A stretch of 64,000 bases of DNA from Obrimoposthia wandeli (GCA_977020255.1 CDROCS010002342.1:310001-374000); one strand, 5' to 3'. Shown: positions 27,347 through 42,000, counted from the stretch's first letter. The notes: generated from the letters alone by a model not told the origin. Translations and numbers: made by a program.

Positions 27347-27962
27347 CATATATAAGTAGTTGTCACACCTTTTTATTATCCCGAACTCTTGGTCAAAACG
27401 TCTGAATCACCGTACTCTGGTTTCAATACTGCTGTCTTCCCTCCTTTTAAATTTTGTCTTATTTCTTTAAATTTTGTGTTGCAACCCTGTCGTATTTTTG
27501 TGTGTTTCCAGTTGTAAATTAATGTTAAAATCGTCGATTATAATTTAATTTTCTCTATGGAAAATTAGTTTTAATATTTATGCCCTGTTTTGTGACTGTA
27601 TCTGAAAAAATAATTAGCGTATTTCTTTAAACGTTATAATAAACTCAAATTTTGATTATTGAAATAATCAGTCTCGAAGATCTTCTCTTTCGAGACGTTT
27701 TTCATTCTCTTTCATCTGTGAAAGTTATCAGATCCATCTTCTTCTGTGTTTCAGAAATTTCTGTTGGAATGCTTTTCAATCATAGTGCTTTTAAAGGGTT
27801 GGAATCCTCCACGGGATGCGGTTGTTCAACATGTCTATATTATATAGGACCTCTAGTGTAGACGTGGACGTTAACACGATGAGTACCAAATTATCATAGG
27901 TACTCATCTTGGTTGATTTTTTGTAAATGACTACCGTGTATAATGTACCCACACAGTTTTTG

Positions 27963-27967
<5 letters not shown>

Positions 27968-28015
<48 letters not shown>
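27968..28015. repeat. (TA)n microsatellite
   Basis: Direct reading. Confidence 0.95.
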
Positions 28016-28017
<2 letters not shown>

Positions 28018-28047
28018 TGGTGTGCTAATCAGCTTAGTTCATGGGAG

Positions 28048-28250
28048 TGTTGTTATCGGAGTTGTTACATTAATTAAGGTAGCATCCAATTTGTGAGTTC
28101 TTAACATAATAGTACTCATTGAATGGTCTCACCTAACGATGCTTCAATATTTGAAGTTTATTTACCAGTTATCAGTAGCTTACAGTCACATATCGTTACT
28201 TTAAGTTACTATTTTACTATATATATAATGAACATTTAACAAGAAAAAGT
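28048..28250 (+). mobile_element. Degenerate family B short-LTR-like left end
   Basis: TGTTG...GTGAGTTCTTAACATAATAG similar to 46971 and 61240; right end not found. Confidence 0.5.
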
Positions 28251-28627
28251 GAAATAAAAAAGGTTATATCATAAATAAATCAGAACAAATTACATCAAAA
28301 GACAATTTTTTAATAATGCAATAATGTAAGGTTTTCAAATAGCTCAACATTTAATATGTTTGTTTTTCTACATTCTGGAAATTATAATTTAGTCCAAAGG
28401 CCGAAAATTGTCTTTCAACCGGAGCTCTTGATGGACTAATTGTGATTTATTTTAAAAATTCACTTTTTATTTGAGGATGCGAATGCCACAACATTTCAGC
28501 TACATTTGATTTCTGCATCGATTTGTTTTTGTTAAATTATTAATTAAACTATTTATAAAATCTTGAAATACAATTTTCATTTATAACTGAGTACAATTTA
28601 TAAAGATATTTAGTAGAACCATACTAT

Positions 28628-28855
28628 TGTTGAGGCTAGAGTTATATCATCTCGTAGCTCTAGGACTCTAGCTCGTGAGTTTTTAATATAGCAGGTCTTA
28701 ATCTCAAATCTGAAGGTGAAACAATCAGTATGGAAATTCGATCTTTCTCCAACGAAAAACCGTTAGGGAAATAAAGTACAAACAACAGAATAAGGATATT
28801 GGCGAAACGCTATTCGGGTTTGTTATATAATTTAACCTTTTACGTATCAAACACG
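28628..28855 (+). mobile_element. Truncated family C left end
   Basis: TGTTGAGGCTAGAG...CTCGTGAGTT...TCTCAAATCTGAAGGT shares motifs with the family A left arm. Confidence 0.55.
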
Positions 28856-29134
28856 TGTTGGGACTACAGTTGTTTCGCTTCTTAAATAGCTGACATTTTG
28901 TTTAAACTCACAATTTTTTTGTGATGAGTTTTGTGATTTGGATTATGCAGAAATACCATTTTTAGGATTTTGAGTTTTTATAATAGGAACACCTGTATAC
29001 CCAAAACGTCTAACCTTCCATGTTTGAGAATACCAGGCTTTCACACAAGTCATATTTAAGTCACAACTCAAGAACCGTTTAGAACTCACGAACTAGAGAC
29101 TTCCATAGAAAGAGAAATAACTCTAGTCCCAACA
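28856..29134 (-). mobile_element. 279-bp family C element, inverted relative to all others
   Basis: Both ends TGTTGGGACTA; the minus strand has CTAGTTCGTGAGTTCT and TATAAAA; no clear TSD. Confidence 0.65.
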
Positions 29135-32100
29135 CGTATGTTACCTGGTGTCCTTTGCACTTTTACATTAGTCCCGATCTATCCTGTTCTCCCTTGTGAT
29201 AGGTTTGGATGCCCTTCTCGGTCGTAAGTGACAAGCTTTTGGTTGCTCCTCTGAAATTGCCGTTTATGATTTTAATGAATTCATGTCTGCCAGTCGGCAG
29301 CTTATATACATGTTGTTTAAATGATACCTCTTCTCGTTTTATAATTACTTTCTTCTACTCAATTGACTCCTAAATAGAAAGTCTGTCTATTCAGCTTATA
29401 ATTGTGGTTCTGGCTGGAACTCTTTTTGATGTAATTTGGGTTTACTTTTATTATATACCCATAATTCCGGCTCATATTTGATTCCATTTTCCCCTACTTA
29501 CCCCCTAATTTAAAATTGTTATTTTAATTTTAATGTTAAAGGTCAGTTTGTCTACCTATAAATACCCTGATTCATTATTTTGTTTCAATCCTTATTCCCG
29601 TGTACTAATACTAGGATCATTATGGGTATGTGAGTTTAAATAGGTATGTAAAATGTAAATCTAATCATATAAATGTGAATTTAAGGATATTTAAAATAAT
29701 CGGCCTTTGAGGTACTTTTGGCTATTCCAGCAAGCTTCTCATTTGAGCTCCGGTAATACTCGCTAAAAATTTGTGTTCAAACTTATTATCGTCGTCAATA
29801 TTATTGTTCCATTTTTGTTCTTTTGGCGTTGCTGCTTTCTTTTTTAGAGCATTTTCCGGCCAAAAGGACGCCGCTCTGGTTATTGCTTGCCATTTGCCTT
29901 CTCCATACAATCTCTGTAGGCCTAAGGTCTCACTGACAGTGACTGTGACTTTCATACTCCTTTCCTCTGCTTCAGATGACTATTAGTTTTTGTTTCAGAG
30001 GTCACCTGAGGTTAATTAACCCAAAAATAAAGTAAATTAACTCGATTTCGTAATTTTAACAATAAAGCCTATTTAGTTTAATGTTTTTCATTTTCTTGAA
30101 CTTTTAATGTCTCTGGTAAAGACTATAAATGTGAGTCATTTATTTATTTATTTTATTTTTTGTTCATTTCTGGACCTTAGCATACACATAGTTTACTGAG
30201 ATTAATACTGTTCCTATCTACTATCTTGCGAAGGTACATACATGGGTTGTTATTGTACGTTTTATAGTGGTGAAAAAGACTCTATTTAGTTCGAATCTAA
30301 TGTTATTAATGGATTGTCATATTTAATGCACTCTCATCTCTAATAGACTGTTCTTGGTGCTTGCTTGTTTTGAATGGATTTGTTTCTCACAACTAAACTG
30401 ATCGTTTGCTCTCATAAATGAATTTTCTCATCAGTTTTTTCACTCTCATACGACGGCCCTAATGGTTCGGATGCCAATATTTTGCATTGATACATCCAAC
30501 TTCTGTTCTCGCTACATCCCAAAATTCCAAACTCATCTTTCCTCTTTATCCAATTAATTCTAATTAATTACCGTATGTTCGATTTTGTAAATAGTTTTTT
30601 TTAATAATTTCATCATTTTAATTGTAAAATGTTTTAAACTATTTATTTTATTGTATTTTCTTTATCTGTAGTTTCCTGGGAAGCAACACATTGGATGATC
30701 TACCAGGTAACTGACTATCAGAAGGTTACAACTTAAACAAGAGTATACGTGGATCGCCTACACAATTATGGATCTGAATCAATTCAGCACCTGCACTCAG
30801 TCTTCAATCAAAAATTTAAGAAGTCTGACAAAGATTCTGGGCGCTATTTTTATTTAATTCACTCTCTGATTTCGATTTCACCGGTATGAACTGATTTAAG
30901 ACTGACTTGTACAAAAGTTCAATTTAGCTCCTTCCTTGTTTAGCTATTTGTCGTTTCTAGTTTGTCGAATAAGATAACCACTCGAAGTCAGATGAATTGA
31001 AAAGCAAGTTAAATTGAGTTCTAGACGCCTTCATACTCACTTTATTTGTACTATAACACAATTTACAGACGTACTTGTCAATTCTTTACAGAATAGGACA
31101 TACTGAAAGGCATACGCTAATTTGCCTCAATATCTGAAAGCAAATTGTTCGATTTTTAAGACTCGTCGAATTTTTTCAAAATTTATAATGCTGCCCTCAG
31201 GCTAATATAATGGTTAATTATTCGACTATTCAAACACACATGAGTATGTAGATATGTCTGATCTGGTACAGTCCCCACCCTAGTGTACAGAGTTCACACA
31301 TTTCATTCTAATTGTACCAGCGATTCAAGTTTTCGCGTCTTTTGCGTACACATTCCAATACACTATGAGATCAGAATATGAACCGAAAGTTGCACAACTT
31401 CACAACTTATCCGATGATGCAATTTTCAATTTCGAAATATTTTTCACAAAATCAATATATAAAATGTAGGTCAACTCTTATTTTCTCCTCCGTTATACGT
31501 CTGACACGCGTGGAATTGTGACCAAAAAAGCCTCTGCTCATTACGCGTCTAACACGTAAAGCATTGCAATTGTCAGTGCAATAATGTACCAAATTAGGAT
31601 GTACACTAGTTCTCTATAGTAAAAGCCGTACGAAAACGAATTCAGCATATAACCACAAAGACGCTGTTAAACATACATTACAATAGTATTATAGTATACA
31701 TTTATACGTAGTCATGACGTCAAGTATATAAAACTTTGAAAAAATATTTATACTCCTAGGGTTTATCGTACATACAAAATATTTTTTTTTTTAATATGTT
31801 CAAAATAGATATAAATTACATTAAAAATATTAGACGCATGGAAATTAGCAAGCTGCAAAAAAAGTTCTAGTAAAAAATATCTGTAATGGTAAAAAGCAAA
31901 AAAGTCAAGAACATAAATGTATTATGGTCAAATTATTTATTAATGTAATGTACTTATAGTATATTTTATTATGTGATTCAGCACAATTGCTTAATCATGT
32001 AGTTGACCATTCAAATGAGCCAATTAGAGGCTAGGAGTGGAATTTGCACTTTAAACGGCTTGGAGTTTGGATGTGGGGCTATATAATAAATATACATTAA

Positions 32101-32201
32101 TGTTATGCATGCAGTCGTGAGATTCCAAGTCGAACTGTAATAAATCTCTTTATTTATCTAAGAAATCTTCAACACATGTTAACCTTATATATTGATGATA
32201 T

Positions 32202-34109
32202 TCTTGGGGTTTCTATCTGAAACTGTTTCTAATATAGATCCTCTGAATGGAGGGCCCAACGTGAGTTCTATAGAAGCAGGACTTGTAGATGTTTGTGGCC
32301 TACTTAGATTATGCTTGCCTGTCTCTATTCTTATCTGAAGGTTTGTTATTTCTAAATTTGAAGGGTCTATAACAACGCTGTCTAATTGTAGGAAATCTTT
32401 TGTTACTAGAAACACTAAGCTAAACACGTTCTAATTATGTTCTAAAAATTACAATACTATTCCTAAGACTCTCACAAAGTCTATACACAAGTGGGGATGA
32501 TCCACGTATCGATTTTATTTTAGGGTTAGTTTGTTACTAGAGTCTTTACTCTAAAATGTGGCAAGGTTAAAGTGGTAGGGTTTTGGGGAGCTGGTTGCTC
32601 TAAAATGGAGATTGAGTTTAGAGAGCTGTTTGCTCTAAAATAGGGAATTGATTTTAAATTAGGGAATTGATTTTTAGTGAGCTGTTTGCTCTAAATTGGA
32701 AAAAGATGGTTTAATAAATTTATGAGTAGTTTAGAGAGCGGATGTTCTAAAATAGGGAATTAGTTTGGAGAGCTTGTTGCTCTAAATTAGGCAAAATATT
32801 GGACAGTGTATAGGCAAAATATGGGTAGTTTATAGGCAAAATATGGGACAGTTTATAGGCAAAATATGGGACAAAATCTATGTAAAATATGGGACAAATT
32901 ATATGCAAATATAGGACAAGTTAAATGCAAAATATGGGACAATTATATGCAAATATGGGACAAGTTAAATGCAAAATATGGGACAATTATATGCAGAGAT
33001 GGGACAAGTTAAATGCAATATATGGGACAAGTTAAATGCAAAATATGGGACAATATATCTTCCACTTTTCTGTTCACAGTATTATCAGTATTTTCACGAT
33101 TTTTATTTCAATATAAGATCAACGAACGATTTTTAATTCTTTAACACTTTTACGACTTTTACTTTCAACTCAATCTACTCCTCTACTGCCACGTTTGGCT
33201 CTTACCTCCTCCGAATAATCTGCGCGTCCGGTCTCGATTGGCCTCCTCAAATGTCGGCAGAGTTGCACTGCTCAGTTTTCGTTCTAGGTGCTGTAGTCGC
33301 ACTGCTCGGTTCTCGTTCTAGGTGACGATTCTGACAATATATCTCCTTGGCTGGATTGGCTGCTCTCCTTCTTGTCTTTAGTTGGGCTCTTGTTTGGACT
33401 TCGGATTCGGTCTCAGAATCGATCTCCAATATTTCTTCGTTTCTGTCTCTACTCCGATTTGGCTGTTCTGAGTTGAGCACTCCAATCGATTTCCGAAATT
33501 CAACTGACTGGAACAATCGAGTAAATTTGCTTTTAATTTATTTAGTTACCTTCTTAGTTACTCGCTTTTATATTCTCTTCTGAGGATGAGGCTATTGCGA
33601 TTCTCCGTGTCACAGATTCCTAAAATAAATAATCACTTGGACTTAAAATAAGTGCAATCACTCTGCTGTCTGGGATCCGGCTGGACGGTTCGCAGCGTCC
33701 TTGGTTAGCGTCGCTAATGGATTGCGGGAGTTTGTCGCTGTCTTTAGTGGATGGAGTTGCTGTCTCTTGCTACTGGTTCTCAGTGGGAGCTGGATCAACT
33801 AGTAAGTGCTTCTGTCTTCGCGCTAAAGGACGAGTTAGAATTATATTTCCTTAATTAGTACTTTACCTTAATTCGAATTTCTTGCTTTCTTCTTGTATTG
33901 CTTTTCTATACTATGTCGTCTTAGGCCCTAAACTCTTCTTACATATACTGTATCAAACATGACCTTCATGGTCCTAATTATTTAAATTTTACTTTTAACA
34001 ATTTAATTTTAATATGAATTTTATTTTAAATAAAACCTTGCTTTCAAGGATTTTTATTTTAGTATAAATTCAATTAATTATTTAAATTAATTAAAACCTA
34101 ATCCTAACA
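32202..34109. mobile_element. Family A element A5 (alpha); left TG mutated to TC
   Basis: TCTTGGGGTTTC...CCTAATCCTAACA; TSD ATAT/ATAT; ~21-23-bp repeats at 32780-33055. Confidence 0.9.
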
Positions 34110-36036
34110 ATATGTGTTTATAGTTGGTGTCGTGACAAATGAATTTGTGTGTGTTATACATAATAATAATTCAAAATCTGCATACGCGATGAATTTTTCT
34201 GATATAGTCAAACTTTGCATAATTCGTTTCAGCCATTCACCTTGTTTACTAATCGAGCATAATTCAAAGTTTTGGTCATTTGTAGCCTGCTTTCTAAATC
34301 CATGGAGATATGTATGGCATCACTTACAACGTATCCCACTTTCATCATGATTTAAAAACCAATATAAATATATTACTGCTAACTAATGAAAATTATAGAG
34401 AATATTTATCCAAATATTCAAACAATTACTTGACCAACTTTAATAAAGGTTATTAATGATGTTACAAATACTATAAAGAGCACTTTTTTAATATTTACTC
34501 AAATGAAACTGATAGATAGGCCAGTTTTTCAAATTGTAGGTCCTTCGGGTAGTGGTACACTCTTTTGGTTTGTAACTTGTGAATAGTAAAATATTAAGTA
34601 AGTTAATCGCATTTAAATTAAAAGCAACAAACTTGTCAAAATTACAATTATCCTTGGCTTTCAAAGAATGTTTTTGAAAGTAAAAATAATATTTAACAGA
34701 ACGTTTTGAAACAAAACTATCGAATGCATGTAACGAAATTTCTATTTACATTAGCTTAATGCAACTTTTACTTGTGGATGGAAAAAGTGTTCCATTTGTT
34801 GGAACCAGAGCTATTGAATTTCTTAAGGAAGCCTCTAAAGTGTGATTTCTTAAAATATATATGACTTGTGTGGAAGGCCTATTTTGTATAATCTGGCCGG
34901 ACCTGTATTCAGTTCCTTCTTCTAATGCAGCCGGTTTCGGGACTTGTTTAGTTGCTGTCTTTGACCTTGACATTTTCAATTCCACTGAATGTATGTCTAT
35001 TGATTCTCTACTACAGCTCAGCGACTGTTTCCTCAGCACCCTCACGTGACTATTAGTAATCGTGTCAGGGCTATCTTGATGTTAATAAACTTTATTAACT
35101 CATTTAAGTTCCCTAATTTTGTAGACTTTTTATTTTATTTAAACTTCATTTAATATTTATCATATCCTTGGCATAGAGAAAGATAGAAAATGTTGGGAGA
35201 TTTTAAGTATGCCTTGGTTCATTTTATTTAGAATTAGAATCTATTTTTCCTTATCTTTTACTTGATTACTACAAGCTATTGCGGTGTTGAGATGAGAAAG
35301 AAAAATAGTTAATATAAATATATTGCTGAAGAGGAGCAGGATGAGGTGCGATGATCGAGATATCCTAGAGTGATCCTGAATAGTGTATAGCATTGAATAA
35401 GTAGAATTTATTTTTCAAACAGCTGCAACAAAATGATGAGTACTGCCAGCTGACCTTCTCTAAATTTTCCGAAATTATCTCAGGGGCCTGAAATAATATT
35501 TATTTTGTTTTTGTTGGGTTTTCACAGGAATACATTTTTTAATTTATATGTGTGATCATTTTACAGAAATATATATGACTATTAATGAATAATTCATTGA
35601 TTAAATACAAATCTTTCTCTTTTATTATTTTCAATAAAATACCAATAAATATATATAGATTATTTGTTATCGAATTATTATTTACTATGGCTTAAAAATT
35701 AGAATGTTTTAATATTTATTATCAAATTGTCATCTACTTAATATTTTTGTCAAAAACAGTTTTCAAAGCATTTAAATTCATGTTATCAATAATTAAGGCA
35801 TGTTCAATATTATTTTATTGGATTCTTGTTTTCTGATCGATACAGGCTTTGAACTCATTTATTAAGCTGTAACCTGCAATTGTAACATTAATACACATAT
35901 TTCTATTCTATAAATAAAAATTAAATGTCTATTTAGCCGATGGTGAAAAATTTACTACAACTACAATTTGAAAAGGTTAGTTAAATGCATTTATATGTAC
36001 AAACCAGTATTTCAGAACCATAAAAATATATATACA

Positions 36037-36130
36037 TGTTGAGACTAGAGTTGCTACACCTGGATATATGAGCTTCCAACTTGTGAGTTCTTAGGAAAAT
36101 ATGTCTTACTAAAGTAGCATTTGGATTCGT
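36037..36130 (+). mobile_element. Family C-like left end
   Basis: TGTTGAGACTAGAGTT...CCAACTTGTGAGTTCT; extent unknown. Confidence 0.5.
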
Positions 36131-37626
36131 CTCAAATCTTATGTCAACGAGAAAATAGTCTCTCTACTATACTGTTGGGTCGACGTTCAGGGTTTATTTG
36201 GAATGTAAGCTGCGTTATGTCGTTGTATTTTGGTTACTCACAATATTGATAATTTAGAACGACAATCTTAACGAGCAATAAAAATCGGTATCCAGCAAAA
36301 TACGAGAGTTCGAACAATTACAAAAGTAAACAAAATCGTATGTTTTGGCACAGCAAATTATTTATTAAGAACAAAATTCCTAAACTGAATAAAACGAATT
36401 ATTATTACAATTATTCGGTATCTTGTAAGTTTCAATATGTATTCATAAACAGAAAATTGTAACGTCGCTTGCGCATATTTTTAAGAAAGCCTTTGGGTTC
36501 TCGCAATAAAACTTCCCATCCTTCAATTACACAGCCAGCTCTAGAAAACTCATACAATATTTCATATTTGGCTAAAGATGGGTAATGTGATTACTTCGAT
36601 TATAAAATGATTTCTAATTTTCATTAGTATGTGTTTTCTTAACACATATCTGTTGATACCAATAAATTTGAAATTTGATATGATAAAGTTTATTTTTCCC
36701 TGAAAGTTATTGCTAAATTTTCTATCCAATTATCCTAATTGCTTCTCATCCTCTTAATATTTTAGTTCAGAATTTTAAAGTTAATTCTTTATTAGGGTTA
36801 ATAAGGAATTTTGTGATAATTAATGTAGATTTTGGCTTCTTGGATAAATTTTTATTTTTAAATTTGTTTCTAAATTTCAACTTTAAAAAATATATTTATT
36901 TATATTAATATTTTAAGGATTTATTTTAAATATTTATTTAAATCGATCGGATACTCCGTCTTGACATCGTCATTCTCCTGCAACATTGGGAAACTTTTCC
37001 CTGTTGTTATTCTTTGTCTTAATTTTCGATTTAATTATCACGAGAAGATTCCATGGATTGATTTCAGAACAGCGTGAGAGCTAATTTTTTGTTTATAATG
37101 GATTTTTTTTCTTTGTTTCTGTTGTTGTTCATAAAACTGACATTGATCTACTTCACCAAAGATTTTTGGTACATTAGACGGCAAAACTTGCTTGCATTGG
37201 TCTTTGTTTCTGTAAAGTTTCGAAATTGCATCCCAGATAAAAAATTAAATCCCACTTAAACTTTAAGTGTCGGAAATTCCCTTAAAAATATTTCAATCGA
37301 ATTCACAATTTAATATCGGCCATTTGATTCAATATTTGTAATATTTTTTAGTGTTCTTGTTCCCAACACCGAAGACCAAATCTACTACTCATTGCTGCCG
37401 AACTGGGAGAACGGTCACTTGTTGGCTTACCCCTTGTATGATTCATACGTTCCTTTAATTACAGATATTCTTCCTTAGCATATCTACACTGAAGCTAATT
37501 TTATAGGGAGTGAAGTCATTATTAAAAGTGTTTTTTTCTACTGCAATTTTAATTTCTTAAGATTTTGTAAATGCTGACAGATAATTTTGGTAAATTGAAA
37601 TTGTCTGCTCGATGAGATTTCCGAGT

Positions 37627-37696
37627 CCTTCACAGCTCAGTAGGGAGAGCAGCTGATTGCAAGTGGGAGATCCTGGATTCGATTTCTGGTGAAGAT
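37627..37696 (+). pseudogene. tRNA-like remnant (GCA at anticodon position) or tRNA-derived SINE head
   Basis: A-box-like AGCTCAGTAGG, D-stem GCTC/GAGC, B-box-like GGATTCGATTTC, acceptor CTTCAC/GTGAAG; anticodon stem does not pair. Confidence 0.55.
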
Positions 37697-40429
37697 CGTT
37701 TCAGTTTATCCAGGAGGTCATTTATAATATAATATAATAACTAACTAATCAAGTCAATGAAATACAATTTTTCAAAACTATTTTCGAATATATTTCTTCA
37801 CGAAATCATCTTTTTAATACTAAAAATACTTATTAATGTTATGTAGTGACCCACATTTAAGAATAATAGTTTTAAAATATTAATTAATTTTGTGTAAAAT
37901 TCACCTTTTTACGAATAACTTTTAAAAAAAAGACCTTATATCAAAATCTGAACTACACATAAATTAGTATGAAATATTGATTTATTTCATGTATGCTTGA
38001 AAGTTTTCCAACTTTCGTATTAAGAAAGATCCACAAAAATGGGATTTTTGTTAATTAAAACTTTAATTAATTAAACTTTAAAGAAGCATTTCTAGACATC
38101 TAAAAGTCGCAAATAAATGAACAGAACATCATTTTAAAGCATAAATTATTTTCAATTGAAATATGTACGGCTCATCAAAATCCCACCTTTGGGTAAAAAA
38201 AATCCTAATGTATAAGAAAGTACATAAAACTTTACAATACTAACAGGCAAACACACCTACGAACGAATTACCCGATGGAACCTAAGTGGGCAAATTATCT
38301 AAAGGACCAAAACCCATTTAGATTAAACTAATCTAAATCAAAAGCCCCGACAGGAAGACCCTGGCACTACATAGAAATTAAAAGGATATAAAAAACCATG
38401 GTTTTTGGAAATAGATAATAATAGTTTTACTGGACATCGTGAGGACCTCCTACTAATAATACAGGTCCTTATTTATTATTTATTTTATTCTGTTTTAAAT
38501 TTTAAAGTGTTCATCATTTTTTATGTTAAAGTGTTAAAATTTTGTTAAAGTACAAATTTGTCCCAACAATATTAACAATCATCCAGCGAGGCTCCAGCGA
38601 CATGAACTTTAATTTTCTTTATAGCTTTTTGAAATTATTTTAAAATATCTAGATTGGTGATTTAAGATTTCTAACGAAATCTAGATATAAATATAAATCT
38701 AGCTTAACTGAAATTGTTTCAAAAATATGAAATTGTTAAATTTTCATTTTGTTGCCTACAAATTTGTCAACGCAATTATTTTTACATAACGGCCCAAATA
38801 TGTCATTTGTCTCTTGTATAATCTAATTTATCGGGAACGTTCCATTTGATTCCGTGTTAGATATCCACTCAATTTTCATTCTAAATTTTAAAAATATCTG
38901 AAAATGTAATTTTATAATTAATGTCATCGATATACTGAGCATTGTAAGTTCACTAATATTCACTAATTTTTTTAAAATAAGAGAGTTTAGGAATCATCTT
39001 AAAACCAATACAGGCAATTTGCAAAAAATAAAAAATTGTTTAAATTGAAAGTTACATTTTTTAAAAGGTTAAAATCTGAGATTCATTAGCAACCTTATTT
39101 AAAAGTATTCTCAGCAAATGGTCTGTAATTGTGACCTCTTTTGTAGTTAATGAAAGTTTATCATCGTAAATAAACTGTCGAAATGTAGTATCAAGGGACC
39201 ATTCCCAACTAGGCATATCTGAATATTAAAATAATCAATTTTAAATAAAGTTAAATATTTATAAGTTATCACTTTATCATTCACAACTACAAAATACCTG
39301 TAAAAATTAAGAAATTTTGAATATATCAATCAAACTAATTATATGTAAATGCTCTTAAATAGTCAAAATTTCAAACAAAATTGATTTGAAAAAAATAGCT
39401 TCTACAATTATGCACTAATATGTTATAATATGTTTTTCTTATAAATAAAACTTAAGTTTTTAATATTAATGACTTATAATGATTTTGAAGTTTAAATAAA
39501 TTTTTGTAACATTTATTTATTTTACAAATAAAATCAATTTTAAATCTTTTATTTTTTATAAATAACCAAAATAAGCCTATAATTGGAAATATTACAAATC
39601 TTAAAATGTTTTTTGGTATAGTCAGACATCTCATATAAACATTTATATTATGAACAAACTCTGCATTTTTGGTTCATAGACCCACTTTTTTCTTTGAAAG
39701 AGTAACATGAACGTTCAAATTATAAACAGTGAACATCTAATAGTATAAATTTTCCGTTTTTGTGTTGAAAAAAACTGAACAATTGGAATTTTTAAATAAT
39801 ATTGAAAAATTACTCTTTTATATGAACCTTTATATTATATTTTAAATGTTTAACTTTTTCTAAATGAAGCAAACAAATATAGTGAAAAAATAGAAAAAAA
39901 CACTGATTTAACTATATCACAAAAAGGGTAATTTTGATTTTTTTATAAAAAATAACAGATTGAGTCAAAGATACTTAGCAAGAAAGTTAGATCTATCTTT
40001 GGGTATATATGGTATAATTAAAAACGAATCAAAACTTAAACAAGAAGAACATTGTGATTTTAAATAAAGTTTACTAAAAGTCAATCAGATCGATTTACCA
40101 TTATACGAATTAATTCAAATAAAAATAATATTTTAATAACTGACGATAAAATTAAAATAATGGCTTTAATGCCACCAAACGCAGATGGCATTGAGGATTT
40201 TGAAGCTTTAAACATTTGGATTGATCAATTAAAAAAATACATCGAATTATTAGAAAAAAATGTACATAGTGAAGGAAATCTAATAAAATCTGAAACAATT
40301 TCGGAATTTTGGAACGATTCTGAATGTCGGAATTTGTTGTTTCTGATTGTGTATTGTACAGATATGTTCTGTCTGGTTGTGTATTTTGTCTACCATGTCG
40401 GCTAAATAGTTGATGTTCGTATATTGTGT

Positions 40430-42000
40430 CGTGATATTTTAGTACCTGGTGTCTTTTGGCAACTGTTTTAGAAATCCTTCTAATAATATGTTAGTCTTCT
40501 CGTTGTTTATAAGAGGGTCTAATTGTTTAAAGGTGTTTTAAAGTTATTTTATATGTCTGATGGTTTTGTTTCATTGGTGCTTTTGGGTTAATTATATTTT
40601 AATAGCTGTGTGTTTGTGGCTGTTTTTGTTTATGTGTGTTATGAACTCTTCTATAGGTGTGTCTAAAAAGAGAATGTCATTAATATCCTCAGCAATTTTT
40701 TAAAAAGTATCTGAAGGTAATTTTGACATTAATTTCTGTAGAATTTCGTGTTCTGATAGGTCGTATGTTTGTTTTAGAGTGTTGTGTGTGTTGGGGTTTC
40801 TATATAAAACTCTTTGGTTCAGATATAGATCCTCTGATAGAGGCCCCCAACGTGAGTTCTATAGAAGCAGGACTTGCAGTTATATGTGGCCTACTTAGTT
40901 TGGGCTTACTTGTCTCAATTCTTATCTGAAGGTTTGTTATGTCTAGGTGTGGTGGGTCTGTAACAACGCTGTTTAGTTGTAGGAAATCTTTATTCTTTAA
41001 CACACTAGTTACGTTCTTAAAATGACAACAGCTAATCCTAAGTACTTTTCACATAGTCTCTACACAAGTGGGGACGTTTCACGTATCGATTTTAATTGTT
41101 GGTTTTAGTTCAACGGAGTATTCACTCTAAAAATATGGGCGACGTAATTTAGTTAATTTTAGTAGAGTTATTTACTCTAAAAATATGGGCAAATTAGTTT
41201 GTTTATTTTATAGATTATTCACTCTAAAAATGTAAGCAACTTTAATTCAAATTAATTCCGTTCCAAAATATAGACGATTTTGTCGGATAATTTTAATTCA
41301 ATTTATTATGGAATTCAAAATCGTTTTCTTTACTTATTAATTCTTATGAAAATATAGGATACACAATTCAATTTGTTATAGAATTTAAAATAGTTTTCTT
41401 TACTTACGACTTTTCACTTTCTCACCTCTTATTTGTCCGCGTATCCGGTCAATCCAAATCCACACTCCGCCGTCTGTGAGGTCACGAATTTATCGCTGAC
41501 TGCGTCGCTCTCCGGCTTAATGTCTCAGAATCGATTTTCAAGGTCCTTACGTTTCTGCAAAATTGTATTGAATAATCTAACTCTCCGATTCTTGTTCCTT
41601 CTCACCTGAGCTTCTAGAATTTGGTTGCCTGTCGTCTAAGTACTTGAATTCGTAATATATGTTTTTTGTGCGCAAATCGAATTCGACTTCGTTTATATAT
41701 GTTCCTAGACGAATGTTATTAATTAATGCCACTTAACTAAGTGGTTCTTACCTTGAGTCTGGAGAAGACAGCACTCCTAAATATTTTCCAATTTTATTTC
41801 TTCATTTTTTATTTTATTTTAACCTTGCTTTCAAGGATTTATTTCACTATTTAATAAATAATTATTTTCTGAATTTTATTAATTTCCTAATCCTAACATA
41901 TGTGGTATATCCATTGAGTAGAGGTGTTGTTGTGGTCGGTGAAGTACGTTGGTATTGTGATGTTGATTGTTATAAATTTTTGCATAGTTGTGACCAGAGG
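40430..42000 (-). mobile_element. Gypsy gag-like relic interrupted by A6
   Basis: Minus-strand IPTYFTDHNNTSTQWIYH...LKQTYDLSEHEILQKLMSKLPSD resembles the Ty3/Gypsy capsid pattern; stops present. Confidence 0.35.
40789..41898. mobile_element. Family A element A6 (alpha), internally deleted for the inward TATA and palindrome 1
   Basis: TG...CA; TSD TGTG/TATG (1 mismatch). Confidence 0.85.

Noticed and set aside
29140-29480. Possible integrase C-terminus upstream of the inverted family C element
   Set aside because: No convincing GPY/F motif or PPT; only a short open frame
29700-37500. GC-richer patches at ~29.7, 30.4-31.4, 34.1-35.1 and 36.2-37.5 kb that look like decayed coding sequence
   Set aside because: No diagnostic motif could be assigned by eye; needs TBLASTX against repeat protein libraries
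40160-40405. 81-aa plus-strand ORF
   Set aside because: No recognisable motif; lies next to the probable minus-strand gag-like relic
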